A stretch of DNA of 64,000 bases from Octopus vulgaris (lineage: Eukaryota), in the NCBI GenBank assembly GCA_951406725.2, contig OX597831.1:49042001-49106000 (forward strand). Direction: 5' to 3'. Positions 1 to 12,479 of the stretch are shown one piece after another. Positions within the stretch are counted from its first letter, which is position 1, and every line of letters begins with the position of its first letter. The position numbers were made by a program, and so were the translations under genes. The notes below the pieces were generated by a model that made no database searches, had not been told where the DNA came from, and saw only the letters and a list, made by a program, of their open reading frames with translations.

Positions 1-2622
1 GTGCCTTCTTAAAAAAGATTTCTTCGGAAACATGTCTATGTGTGTGTGTGTGTGTATATATATAATCGTAATATGCCGTTTGAAAGGTATTTCTATAAAA
101 TTTCATTGAAAAAACCCGCCATTTTGTTAACAGTTACGAGGGAAAAGCTCGGATCTTGTGAATTTTCTGAATTCCTCTCCTCACCCTCCTGTTGCTTTGC
201 ACGGATTTTTTTTCATATTCGTTTCCTACTCATTGTTTTACACCCATTCCAATATATTTTTTGGATTTTTATTTCCGGGTCAAGATGTAATACCCAAAAC
301 TCTTTCGGGGGTTCGAAAAATGAGTTGGGGTGAGGTGGAAGCCTCGGAAATATCACCCCACCCCACCTCATTGATCTTTTCACCCGCACGATTTTCACTA
401 AGGACAAAAAAAAAAAATCGCGCCCATGTGTGTGCGGGCGGCGGGGGAGAGAAAGATGAACGATTTAAATTAAATAAATAAGCGATTTAAAATATATCTT
501 AATTGTTGTGTGAGAAAGTATATATATTCTGATGATAAAATATAGTATCTTTCAAAAACATGCTAAATTTATAGACTATATCTTGTTTAAGAAAAAAAAA
601 AAACATTTTACAGAAATAAATTTTCTAGGGTGTGAATTACATGGTTCATTATTAAATATACCCCACCCCCGCCGCCCATCATTTTTTTCCGAACAAAAAT
701 AAGGGATTTGCAGCATATTAGGAGGTCAGAGTACTTGATTTCACAAAAAAAAAAAAAAAGTTTTTTTTTTTTTTTTGTTAGTGAAAATCGTGCGAGGGTT
801 AAATAGAAAAATTTACCGTTAATTTTTGTGTAATGTAAATACTATATCCACTTTCGCAAAAGCAACTTTTAACTTATCTGAGTATTTTCTATCACTTATA
901 TTTTTTTCTCTCTCTTTGGGACTTTCAGCTTTAAGTTTGTCTATGGCCACTCACTCTGCTACTTCGTATAGCTATTTACTACAAGTCGATTGTATTATAA
1001 AGTATTCTCGGGTTGCCAAACAAAATAAACACTACCTACCAGTAGATAAAAGGGAAAGCGAAACACTTAATTAGATGTCACTACAACACTGCATATAAAC
1101 AAACTAGGGTACTATTCTTTTTTTAATTTATACGAATTGTAATATTTATTTTTTTTAAATACTTACGCAAGTTGTGAAGTCTGTTGCGAAATGAAAATGA
1201 TAAACCCACAAATCTATATCTTTTAAGAGGAGCAATTCCTGATAAACGGAAACAATATACGAAAGTTTTTTTTTTGTTCTTTTTCCAAGTGTTTCCAGTG
1301 TTTTCGATGACGGAGATTCTGAATATGCCAAAAACCATGTTTTTCATAATTTTCAATCCCCCTCCCCACCCCAAATTTTTAAATTCTAATTTTTCGAATT
1401 TTGTTTTTTCAAATCTGCGTGTGAAAATATGGAGATTAAGAATATGGGAAAAAAAAAGAAAGTAATTAATTTCAAATTTTTTTTATGAGGAAACTCCAAA
1501 ATTGATTCATACATCCTTCGCTACCCCAATTCAGCTGTCTAAAAGTGAAAATGGAGGGCTTGTGTGCGCGCGCGTGCGTTTGAACAGAGAAAATACACCG
1601 AAATGTTTTACACACCTGTCATATACGTCGGTTTTGCTTCTTCGCTTTAAAGGTAAACGGTCCTGATAAAAGCAAACACAATATTCAATATGTTGGTATT
1701 CTTCTTTCAGAAAGAATAAAAACTTCATGGGACTTCGTTCATGTGTGTGCCCCCATCCCCCCTCCAAAAAAAGTTTGTATATTCGGAATCTACAGGATGT
1801 AACTCATATTCGTAAAAAAAAATTCATTAAAAAATATCTATTTTTCTGAAAGTTATGATCATCCAAAGTGAGTGGGACAGAAACCTGTAATTATTGCCTG
1901 CAGTTCAAGTGCATGTTGCCCACAAATTTGACAACAATCACTCCAGAGAAGGGAAGATAAGTTTTTTGTAAAACAGATACGCCAGATCATTTCCAAGAAA
2001 TCTGAAAAATCTCTGTCCAAAAGGATAAATTCCAACTTGGTGCTTCCTAACTCCGAAATCAACCTATACATGTATGTATCTGTGTGCGTCTTTGTGTTTG
2101 ACACCCAGTCACCGCTTTGCTGTACATTTTTACAATGGAGAGATAGGTGTCATCATGTTTGTTCTCCAGCGTTCATCATGTCTTCTGGTGGAATTTCGAA
2201 CCCAAGCCTTATTTGACTAATGTTGAGGTGTTCACATCCCCCATAATTTAGCGGTTCGGCAAAAAAAAACAAAAACAAAAAAACAATAGAATAAATACTA
2301 CCCTTCAAAAATAAGGGGGGCCCATTTCGTTCTACTAAAGCCCTTCAAGGCGGTTCTGCAGCCAAGTGACTGAAACAAGTAAAGGAGTAACTCCGCCATG
2401 CCACCTTTCTTCATGAACATCCATCGCCCTTCTTATATAGTCTGAGTATGGATGTTGTTATTTGGATAAAAAAAAAAATATCGAGTGAATCGTTGACCCA
2501 CATAAAAAGACTGCCATCGAATATCAAACGTGTTTCGTGAAATTTTGGTATATTACTGGGCATAACTACAGATTTACGGAAATCGACGGAAAGGTCTACT
2601 AGAGACGAAAGATTGCCATTTC

Positions 2623-3067
2623 GGCGATCTTTCGACTCTAGTAAACCTTTCCGTCGATTTCCGTAAAAAAAATTTTTTTACATATGGGCTTGCGGGAACT
2701 TTTGAAGTAATATACATACATATACACATACACCGAGTAAACAATTTCAGTTATCTCTTTCTTTCACACATTACTCTGTCTCTTCACACACACTAACAGA
2801 AGCACTTCACTTACACAACATACTGTCTGTCTCCCACACCCCATCACAACACACACACATGTACATCAATGCGTCCCATGGACGGTAACTTCAAAAGAAC
2901 TTCCCTCGTCATACAATCGCTTTCTCTTAGTCTCTTTCGCTCTCATTACTTCAAAAGTTCCCGCAAGCCCATATGTAAAAAAAAAAGAAAATTTTCTACG
3001 AATATGTGTTATACCATGTAGATTTACGGAAATCGACGGAAAGGTCTACTAGAGACGAAAGATTGCC
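2623..3067. mobile_element. Merlin-like MITE (GGCRATCTTTCG terminal inverted repeats)
   Basis: Long TIRs, same family as 3722-4119; no clean TSD here. Confidence 0.55.
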
Positions 3068-3721
3068 AGATAACTGATTTTTTACTCGGTGTATGTGTAT
3101 ATGTATGCATGTATGTGTATATGTATGTATGCATGTACGGGTGGGGAATTTCAGAAAATTCACCAGAGTTCACCTCAATTCGTTTTAACTTTCAAGAAAA
3201 TGGATATTTTTTAATGAAATTCTATACAAATATATCTTGGACTACGTAGATTCCGAAAATATAGGAATTCGGGGTTATTTTTGAGGGCCGTTCCCCACTC
3301 GCGTGTTTCTGAACAAGTCCATATTTGTTGAGAATTTCATTAAAAATATCCATATCCATTTTCTCGAAAGTTAAGACGAATTAAAGTGGACTAGGGTGAA
3401 CTTTACGAAATTCTCCACCCCATCTCCGAAATTAGGCTGTATTCTAATATGCCACATATTTTATGCACTTTGGAAATAATTCTTGATGGACAAGGCTTTC
3501 AGTCTACATATTCTTAACTGCTGCCAAGAAGAATGGTTGGATCCTCACTTGTGTTCACATTAGAACAGCTCTCTCACATTTAGTAGCCTTTCATATTAGC
3601 AAGCCGTTCATTTTCACCATTAGATAGCGGGATGGGGTGGCGAGGGGTGCATGAATCAACAATTTTGGAGTTTCTTCATAAAAAAATTGAAATTATTTTC
3701 TTTTTTTCCATATTCTTAATC

Positions 3722-4119
3722 GGCAATCTTTCGTCTCTATTAGACCTTTCCGTCGATTTCCGTAAAATTTTTTTTTTTTTTTACATATGGGCTTGCGGGA
3801 ACTTTTGAAGTAATGAGAGCGAAAGAGACTAAGAGAAAGCGATTGTATGACGAGGGAAGTTCTTTTGAAGTTACCGTGCATGTGAAGCATTGATGTACAT
3901 GTGTGTGTGTGTTTGATGGGGTGTGGGAGACAGACAGTATGTTGTGTAAGTGAAGTGATTCTGTTAGTATGTGTGAAGAGACAGAGTGTGTGAAAGAAAG
4001 AGATAACTGAAATTTTTTACTCGGTGTATGTGTATATGTATGTATATTACTTCATAAGTTCCCGCAAGCCCATATGTAAAAAAAAAAATTTTTTTACGGA
4101 AATCGACGGAAAGGTCGCC
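3722..4119. mobile_element. Merlin-like MITE with 8-bp TSD TCTTAATC
   Basis: GGCAA...GCC termini, TSD at 3714-3721 and 4120-4127; an empty-site homologue is seen inverted near 1428-1450. Confidence 0.7.
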
Positions 4120-4399
4120 TCTTAATCTCCATATTTTTCCACAAAGATTGAAAAAATAAGCTCGAAAAAAAGTTGAAATTTAAAAATCTGGTGTGTGGGG
4201 GGGGTGATTGAAAATTTTGAAAACATGGTTTTCGGCATATTTAGAATTTCCGTCATCGAAAACATAATTCATTAAAAAAAAAAAGGGTCAAGTTTTTCGT
4301 GCCGGTGTACTTGTAAACGTTAACCAAGAGGAGAATTGAGGCTTTCTTCTTACCTGTCTGGAGAGAGCATTATCTCACTACCCAAGTGGACACACATCT

Positions 4400-5335
4400 T
4401 GCTGTCACGCTGTTCGGTTGCCCTCTGGCCTTTTGCTGTCAGCGCTGCGCATGCTCTCTTCGGCACTTCTATCCTCAGGGACTCCCGATAGGGTTACCCA
4501 TTCTCCCATTTCCACCTTCACCACAGCTTCCGGTCAATACAACAGCATCCATCTTTCATTTTCCAGCTAGTATCCATCTTAATGCTTATTTTGATATCTT
4601 GTCCAGATTCCTTCTGAGCGAGTACCTCAGCCATTTAACCGGCCAGCGTTTTATTTCAAGGAGCACACTAATACAACTACTTTCGTTATACAGCTTCTCG
4701 TTTAAGATTTTGTTGGGTCAGAAGATGCAGCAAATTTTCCTCTGGCAACCATTGTGCAAAAGTATTGGGGTTACTCATATTTCTTATTTCTTTATTGCCC
4801 ACAAGGGGCTAAACACAGAGGGGACAAACAAGGACATGCAAAGGGATTAAGTCGAATGCATCGACCCCAGTGCGTAACTGGTACTTAATTTATCGACCCC
4901 GGAAGGATGAAAGGTAAAGTCGACCTCGGCAGAATTTGAACTCAGAACGTAACAAGACGAAATATCGCTAAGCATTTCGCCCGGCGCGCTAACGTTTCTG
5001 CCAGCTCGCCGCCTTCCGGTTACTCATGTTTACTTTTAGCATTCATCTGCATTTTGAACCATACATTACGACAGATTTTACTTGTTTGTTACATTGTCCA
5101 ATCTTAGTCCTAATACTATGTTACCTTGACTTCCTGATCGACTGAAGCCTTACAAATGCCCAACAAACTTTGACAAGCCGCGATCTCATGGCCTGTTTCG
5201 TCTCGTTCACTGCACTTCAGTCGTTCAAAATATTTAAAGTCCTTCTTATAGTAGTGGCTTACCGTTGGGAGTGATCAGTGCAAGGTTGCTGGAGTGAGAT
5301 ATTGAATGTTAAGATTCGCCCTGTTTTGCATAATT
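4400..5335 (-). mobile_element. Decayed RTE-clade LINE ORF2 fragment interrupted by a SINE
   Basis: Minus-strand remnants SRLVKVCWAF..TKI, SVVMYGS, HNGCQRKICCIF*PNKILNEKLY..ALRW with stops. Confidence 0.65.
4779..5017 (-). mobile_element. tRNA-derived SINE with 10-bp TSD GGTTACTCAT
   Basis: Head GGCGGCGAGCTGGCAGAA..GAGTTCAAATTC; TSD at 4769-4778 and 5018-5027; related copies near 5495-5660, 49666-49825 and 54222-54400. Confidence 0.85.
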
Positions 5336-7645
5336 GCTCTATATTGATGAAAGACTCGAAAAAACAATTGCAAATACAAATATAGTCCTCTCTGGCCCAG
5401 AACTAAGATACAAATAGGCGCTTGGAATTTATGCATTATGTATGAAGCATCAAAATCTACCCAAATACTGGTTTCAAATTTTGGAATAAGGGGGATAAGT
5501 TGATTACATCGACCTCAGTGTTCAACTGGTACTTATTTTATCGACCCTGAAAGGAGGAAAAAATAAAGTCGACCTGGGCGGAATTCGAACTCAACGTAAA
5601 GACGGACAATACCGCAAGTATTTTGCCCGGTGTGCTAACGATTCTGCCATTTCGCCGCCTTGAGTCTACCCAAATGTTAAAAGAAATTATCAGATACTTG
5701 AACTCAGCAAGTATCGTTGGACTGGATCCGAGAGCCAAAATATGAATACTAGCGCGAACCATCCTGTTGCTCAGGACACGATAAGATCCTCATAACAATG
5801 TAGAGGTAATAGGTAGAAAGGAGACGACCATTTTCAGTTAGACTGGGACTGTTACGTTGAAGAAATGCTTTTGTTCCCATTTTCGAAGATTCACTGTTGA
5901 GTTGCCATTAGTTTGGCATTTCGACTTCGTGTTATTCCATAATGAACAGACACGAACATAATTGTATGTTTTTATTATAAGATTTATCGAACAGGGTAAC
6001 AACCGAAGGATCTTTTCTTTTTGAACGGCACTTTGTAACATAATTTCTAGGTAACTAAAAAGTTTTAAACTTCGTATACTGGTAGAATGTGTTTATAAAA
6101 CATCATTTTCTCTTGGCTTTATTGAGAAAATTCTATATGTTGTAACATATTTCGTCTTTAATTTCGAGCATTTCGGCAATTTTAACCAATCGCTGACCTC
6201 CATTTAGGTAAATAACATTCTGTGCATAATGAATATGTCCCTCCTTTAAGAAACAGATTGGGTTTATTTACATTTGTGAAGAAAAAAAGATACCCTTCCC
6301 CAACCCCGGAAAAAAAAAGTGAAAAATGAAGAAATTGGGAGCGAGAGGCAAAAAATTTCAAAATTCCGATTTTTTGCAATTTTCCGGAATCTCCATATCT
6401 GAAAACATGGGTTTTTGGGCACAAATAAATAAAAAAAAAAACAATAATTTGCGAGAAAATGGATGGGGACGGGAGGAAGTCTTTCCATGAAATGTTCTAG
6501 ATTCCACTTACACCTGGAATTTGTTGTGGAAAAATTTTCCATGGCTAGGGAGAGGATTTTCGGAAAGTTTACTCAGCTCTCAGAAAAACGGATATTATTT
6601 TGAGAATTTTTTTTTTATAAATACCTTTCAGAGCATGAAGATAATGATCATGTTGGAACTGAATATGAAAAAATTCTCGTTGTGCTCGCATGAAATTTGA
6701 AATTTCGAAAATTATCAGTATGTCTGTGTGTGCCCACCTTTTATTCCTCACATTTAATTTCGGTATTCCAATATAATCGCAATATATTATGCACACTCTA
6801 AAAGATATTTGTTGAAAATTTCATTGAAAATACCCATTTTTCAGAAAGTTGTGAGGAAAGAAAGATGACACGCGTGAATTTTCTGAAACTTCCTTCCCCA
6901 CCTACAGAAGAAAAAAAAAATTCATAACAAATTCTTATATAATCGGTTTCTATACCACCTGAAGTGTATTTGTAGAAAGATTCGTTGGAAATTATTAATT
7001 TTTCTGGAGGTTATGAAGAAAGAAATTTGGAGGCACGATTGTGTAGGTATGCCGTAAAAACTATGTTTGCGATTTCATTTCACGTTCCAAAAAAAAAAAA
7101 AAGCCTTGTGTATGGATTCACACAAACTAAAGTACCAAAATCCAGTTGTACATTTAAAATAATAATAATAATAATAAAATTAAAGCTCGCATTTTTATAA
7201 GACACACTTTTCATTTATATCTACGAAAAAATAAATTATTTAATTGTTATCGAACCGTTTGTTTGTTTTGAAACCCTGTTGCGTAAGTTTTCAGGTTGTA
7301 TAAATTATTTGAATTAATGTTTTATTTTAAGTGAAGCTTTAAGTAATTATCAGTAAACGAAAAAATCAAGAGAAAAGATTTGTCGTAGTTTAAAAGTGTT
7401 GAATTACTTCCCTTGAATACTGGCGTATACAGGTAGTGAAGAGTTTTGAAAGATTTCAATTATTAAATCTCTAAAATCTGGGTAAAGTAAATTAAGTAAG
7501 TAGTATGAGACAAAAATGTTGTAATTAAGTAAAATACAATGAGAGTTATTTTGTTTCTGAGGTGTATAAATAAATTAATTGTAAATGTTGGTATAAAATC
7601 ATCGAATGTATTGAACAGTAAAGGTTTAAATATATTTTTCTATAT

Positions 7646-9794
7646 CGGGGAGTTGTGACGCTGATCCAGAAAGACCCGAGCAAATAGTATAATATTGGTA
7701 ATTATAGGCCCATAACTCTACTTAATGTAGAGTTAAAGATTTTGGCCAAGGTGTTAGCAGAAAGGTTGAAGGTCGTCGTCAAGAAACTTGTTGGGAAGGC
7801 ACAGACATGTACAATCCCAGGCAGATCGATCGAAGATACTCTTTACCTTCTCCATTACACTATAGACAGGGTTGGGAAATTAGCCGGCAAAGGAGGGGCA
7901 TTGTTCCATTTAGACCAAAGTAAAGCATTCGATAGGGTAGATCATCAGTACTTGGCAGCGGTTCTCGAGGCGGCTGGGCTAGGCCCTGGCTTTCGCGGGT
8001 GGATCTCACCTATGTACAGTGGCATAAAGTCCACAGTCCAGATAAATGGTTACCTAACGGAGCCATTTTCGATTAAGCATTCAGTTCGTCAAGGATGTCC
8101 CTTGTCCCCTCTCCTGTTCGTTTTGGCTCTTGAGCCATTGCTGCGGAAGTTGGAGACGTTGGGATGCAATCCTAATGAAATCAGATGCGGTAAGTCTGTT
8201 TCTGCTTATGAGGATGACATCACCTTCATCGTGTCCAACGAAGCACAGCTAACTCGTGTAGAAGGTGCTCTCCGAAGATACGAAGCGGTGGCAGGGGCAG
8301 AAGTTAAGGACAAGTCCACTGGTTTGCGCCTCGGCACCTGGAGGAACAAGCCAATATCGTCCAGTGTTGTTGGACACTGGACAGATGGTCCTTTTAAATT
8401 GCTTGGAGTTTGGTTTGGTTCACACTCCCAGACGGAGAAAAATTGGAGCAAGGTAGTGAACAAGGTAGAAGCATTAGTACGGAAGTGGTCTGGAAGGCAT
8501 CTTTCCTTGAAAGGCAGGGTGGAGGTATTACAGGTGTTTATAGCATCTGTCATCACCTATTGCCTGACCGTCGTGCCTTGCCCCGATTTGTAGGTAAGCA
8601 AGTTGGAACGACTCCTTTTCCGCTCTTTGTGGAAGGGAGGAAAGCCACTTGTAAGGCGCTCCATGTGTTGCCAGGAACCACTAAAGGGTGGGCTGGGGAT
8701 GCCTTCGTTAATGATGTGCAGGCATGCACTGAGACTGAGACATCTCTGGTTTCACCTGGAGGGTGATAAGGTGTGGAGTCCGCTGGCAGAGGAATTCTTC
8801 CCGCGACCGCACTCTCCTGAGAGATTTAAGCCCGGTTTCATTAAAAGACAGAATCTGACTTTATGGCAGAAGGAGTGCCGACAGGCACTCTGGCTGATAC
8901 ACAAGATGGACAAAGACGGCAGCGGGAATACCACCTCGACGTTTTATAGAAGGATGGTAGAGGCAAAAAATGACGACATCATAGGAGGGGTTCTGGGGTT
9001 TGATGAGGATCAACTATCCAACCTGTTTAAGAAGACTTTCAGGCTGGGGTATTTGGACAATTACCAAAAATCCCTGACTTGGCAGTGCTATAGGAATGCT
9101 CTACCTGTTCGCGATAAGTTATTTAGGCACGGAATGTCAGTGCCACCGACATGTCCAAGATGTGGGTTGGACGATGAAACCGTTCAGCATGCTTTTATAC
9201 ATTGCCAGGAGCTGTCAAGCTTAATAAGTTACGTAGAACACGTGTTGTCGCATCTGGGACGAATACAGCTATTGGCTGGTTCTATAACAAAGATGATACC
9301 GCCAGCTGGACTCTCAAAGGAAGGTGAGGCTTGTTTTCACTGTACGGTGGCAGTACTGAAAGAGTGTGTGTGGAGAACTAGAATGGAAGGTTTGGTGACA
9401 TGGTCCTTTGTCTCTGGCTATGGTCTGTTAAAATACTTCAGATTATCATCTGAAGAGTAAGATGGATTTGGAGAAGAGGAACCTGACACAGAAAAAGTAT
9501 GTGATTCGATGGAAGGATGTGATGAAAAAGTTGGGTGTGAGTAACCCTGCTTAGTCATCATGAAAGGAGAAAATAGTCTCTGGGCTTTTAGGCTGCCGGG
9601 TAACAATCTATACTGTGGTATACTTATCCGGCCAATTTTATTTTTAAAAAAACAGGAGAAATGTGAAGTCTAGTATTATAATTATTACTCAACATCTGTA
9701 AATACCAAACGAACTACATAACTTTTTTGTAATTGTATTTTGTACTGTAATATCCTACCTTTGCAACGATTTTTATAATCATAATAAAGATTTT
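7646..9794 (+). mobile_element. 5'-truncated Tx1/L1-type non-LTR retrotransposon (RT, C-terminal zinc finger, 3' UTR)
   Basis: NYRPITLLN, LDQSKAFDRV, QGCPLSPLLF, YEDD (degenerate YADD), GGLG, CPRC..ETVQHAFIHC; in-frame stops near 7686 and 8591; AATAAA at 9783-9788. Confidence 0.9.
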
Positions 9795-9957
9795 ATACTT
9801 ACCTGGCACAGGGTTACACCATGATCAGCAAGGTGGTTCTCCCAGAGTGAGGCCCTTCCATTGCACTCCGGTTGGGTTGACCTTTGCGATCGCCCCAAAT
9901 GTGGGCGACTCGGGTGCGCTATTTCTAAGTGTGGGGTCTGCGTTCGCGCTCATCCCG
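9795..9957 (+). ncRNA. U1: U1 snRNA gene, copy 1 (divergent subtype; LINE directly upstream, probably promoterless)
   Basis: ATACTTACCTG 5' end, loop I GATCAGCAAG, loop II ATTGCACTCC, stem III, terminal GCGTTCGCGC hairpin; 163 nt; genomic-type 3' flank with no poly(A). Confidence 0.93.
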
Positions 9958-10281
9958 TAAATCAAACAAAGATCAGACTAATAATAATGAATCCTAGATT
10001 CATCTTGCGCAATCTAAGGTAACTCATAATTGTAAGAAATGAGAAGCATAGTTTTATATATACATACATAGTCACTTTTTCGCTGCCATTTCTAGCAAAT
10101 CATTCACTGCAGAATACTATTGTGGATATTATTTTCTTGCGGACGAATGTGTATTTGGTATCTTTTATAGATTGGTGGTTTTTAGGCTGCTATTTCTAGC
10201 AAGTCGATCCTTCATCGAATGGATTTCGATAAATTCTATTCATATTCGATGCATTTAGGTTCATATTTTCACAATGTTCCT

Positions 10282-10326
10282 GGGTGCGTTATTTCTAAGT
10301 GTGGTGTCTGTGTTCACGCTCACCCC
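10282..10326 (+). pseudogene. U1 snRNA 3' fragment (Sm site and stem IV) in a diverged local duplication
   Basis: GGGTGCGTTATTTCTAAGTGTGGTGTCTGTGTTCACGCTCACCCC followed by a flank similar to that of copy 1. Confidence 0.8.
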
Positions 10327-10589
10327 ATAAATCAAAGAACAGACCATCTCTAATGAAACATAAGACCAGTTACTCTTATGTATCCTATTTCCAAGACTGT
10401 TATCATCACGAACAATAAGTATAATTTTATATAGTTAACCGATATTTTTTTCTTACGCTGCTGTTTCTAGCAAGTCAAATCTTCATCTAATGGTTTTATC
10501 TCATTCATATTCGATGCAATTGGGTTTATATTTTCACTCTCTTCTCGTGTTGGTGCAAGACGTCGTTCACCTTTTCTTTTTTTTTTTTT

Positions 10590-11345
10590 TTAGCTTCATG
10601 AGGGGAAATTGTACGCCAAAGATGGGATCCATCTCGTTCGCGAACCAACGAGGAAACCTTGCTTGTGGTTACTCAACATGCTAGGCCCAGATGTTTCAAG
10701 TGCAGACAGAAGGGTCAACGGTTAATGCCCCTCCTCAAAACGCTGGGAAAAACAAAGAGAACAACAAAAGAGAACACAGGGGAAAAAACAAACTGAAATT
10801 CAAAAGGAGGAAAAAAAAATGAATGAAAAACAAAACGAAAAAGAAAAGGAGGAGGAAAATAATCTATCAAATGAAAAAGAACAGGAAGAAATGGAATACA
10901 CGACTGTAACCAACAAAAGGAAAAAATCCAACACCCCGGACTCCCCACCCCAAACAAAAAGAAAAATAAATGCAGACGAACAACACAAAAAAATTCTCCA
11001 ATCCCACCCCGCTGGTACTACGTTTGTAGGACAGCATTTCATTAAACCCCAGTCCCCAACTTTAAAGGTTTAAAAAAAAACAGGCAAATGTATTGCATAT
11101 AATGCGAAAAATGAGAGACTGGTGTGGTTTATAAAAGCAAAATCTCACATGAAATGTTTTAAAACCACAGTAAAAGACCCTGAATGGAAATATGCAAAGG
11201 TTGGCGAGGAGGAGTGGAAGGAGAGACTCTTCCAACAGCATGTGAAGGACAATCTAATGAAAGATATCACCCAGGAGGCGATAGCTGGGAAAATGGACAT
11301 CAGCTCGGCAGCCACTCCATCCCAGAGCCCGGTGGCAACGCCGGT
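10590..11345 (+). mobile_element. Decayed LINE ORF1 (zinc-knuckle) remnant
   Basis: LLVVTQHARPRCFKCRQKG(Q)..CP across a frameshift, then an acidic stretch and YTTVTNKRKK as in Tx1/L1-type ORF1. Confidence 0.55.
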
Positions 11346-11381
11346 GAAAATATATATATAGTAGAGACTATGATATATATC

Positions 11382-12047
11382 TGTAGTGAATCTTGCATGT
11401 ATGAAGTGGATTCGATCCACCATTCTCAAATTTAAATTATCACTGCAGCAGAACTTTTCCCACGGTGGAACAATGGTATTTCTCTGACAGCAGTTTTATA
11501 CTTTCCAGATGCCTTTAGCTAGGCCGAAATAATGTCTTCACCGCTTGACCCTTTCTAACCTCTTCTACTTCACTAAAAGCTAGAATAGAGATATCAAGAC
11601 CACCAACTAAATCGATTGTTCTCAATGATATATCTAGCCTTCTGGATAGTTATATAAGCAAGCAAAAATCAGTAAGTCACTTTGGTGACAACTCGTGAGT
11701 TGAGAGAGAGCTATCATCAGTTAGTGAACCGATCACTAGAATCATAGAAGCAGGCAGACAAAATGGCCAGAGGGAAAAAGAAAGACAACGTCCCACACTG
11801 TCACACTCTCACTAGCTCCAATTCTGTTCTCTTACAACATCATTCTATCTCTCTCTGTAATTACTACTAAACAATGTAGAGGACACAAACACAAACTTAA
11901 CTTCGCAGGCTTTTGGATTTATCATAACCTGCTCGTCGAGGCAAGGTATTGTAACGTAACGGTAAATAAACTTTTCCTTAAAACTTCATGCATTGTTCAT
12001 CTTTCACATCCTACAGTAAACAATTATAACAACTTTTGATCGTTACA
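11382..12047 (+). mobile_element. Possible solo LTR
   Basis: TGTAGTGA...TCGTTACA ends, TATATAA near 11652, AATAAA near 11965; TSD not convincing. Confidence 0.35.
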
Positions 12048-12479
12048 ACAGCTGACTTGGACACATCATAATATTGTTTACTAATCAATTTCTGCCGTTA
12101 CTTATATATATATATATATCTTGGAGAATGTAACATATAATATATGTGTGTATATATATATATCCTCCTCCCCAACTACGCTACAAGCATTGATTGTAAG
12201 AGTTTTCCGTTAGTGGTTTTGTTTTATAAAATATTGTATTTAGTAGTAAAATGGTTAATATTTCAATAATAATGTTTTACTTGTTTTACATAATTGTATC
12301 TTGAATGTACGTCTATATTTCAACGAAACACGATATTACTTATTCCGGGCATCAATCAACCGGTTGTATATACACTGGTATATATACAGATATCACATGC
12401 CTGCGTGTGTGTATGCTCTATTTGTTCCCCACCACCGCTCGACAACCGGCCCTGGTTAGTTTTCATCTTTGTAAAAAAT

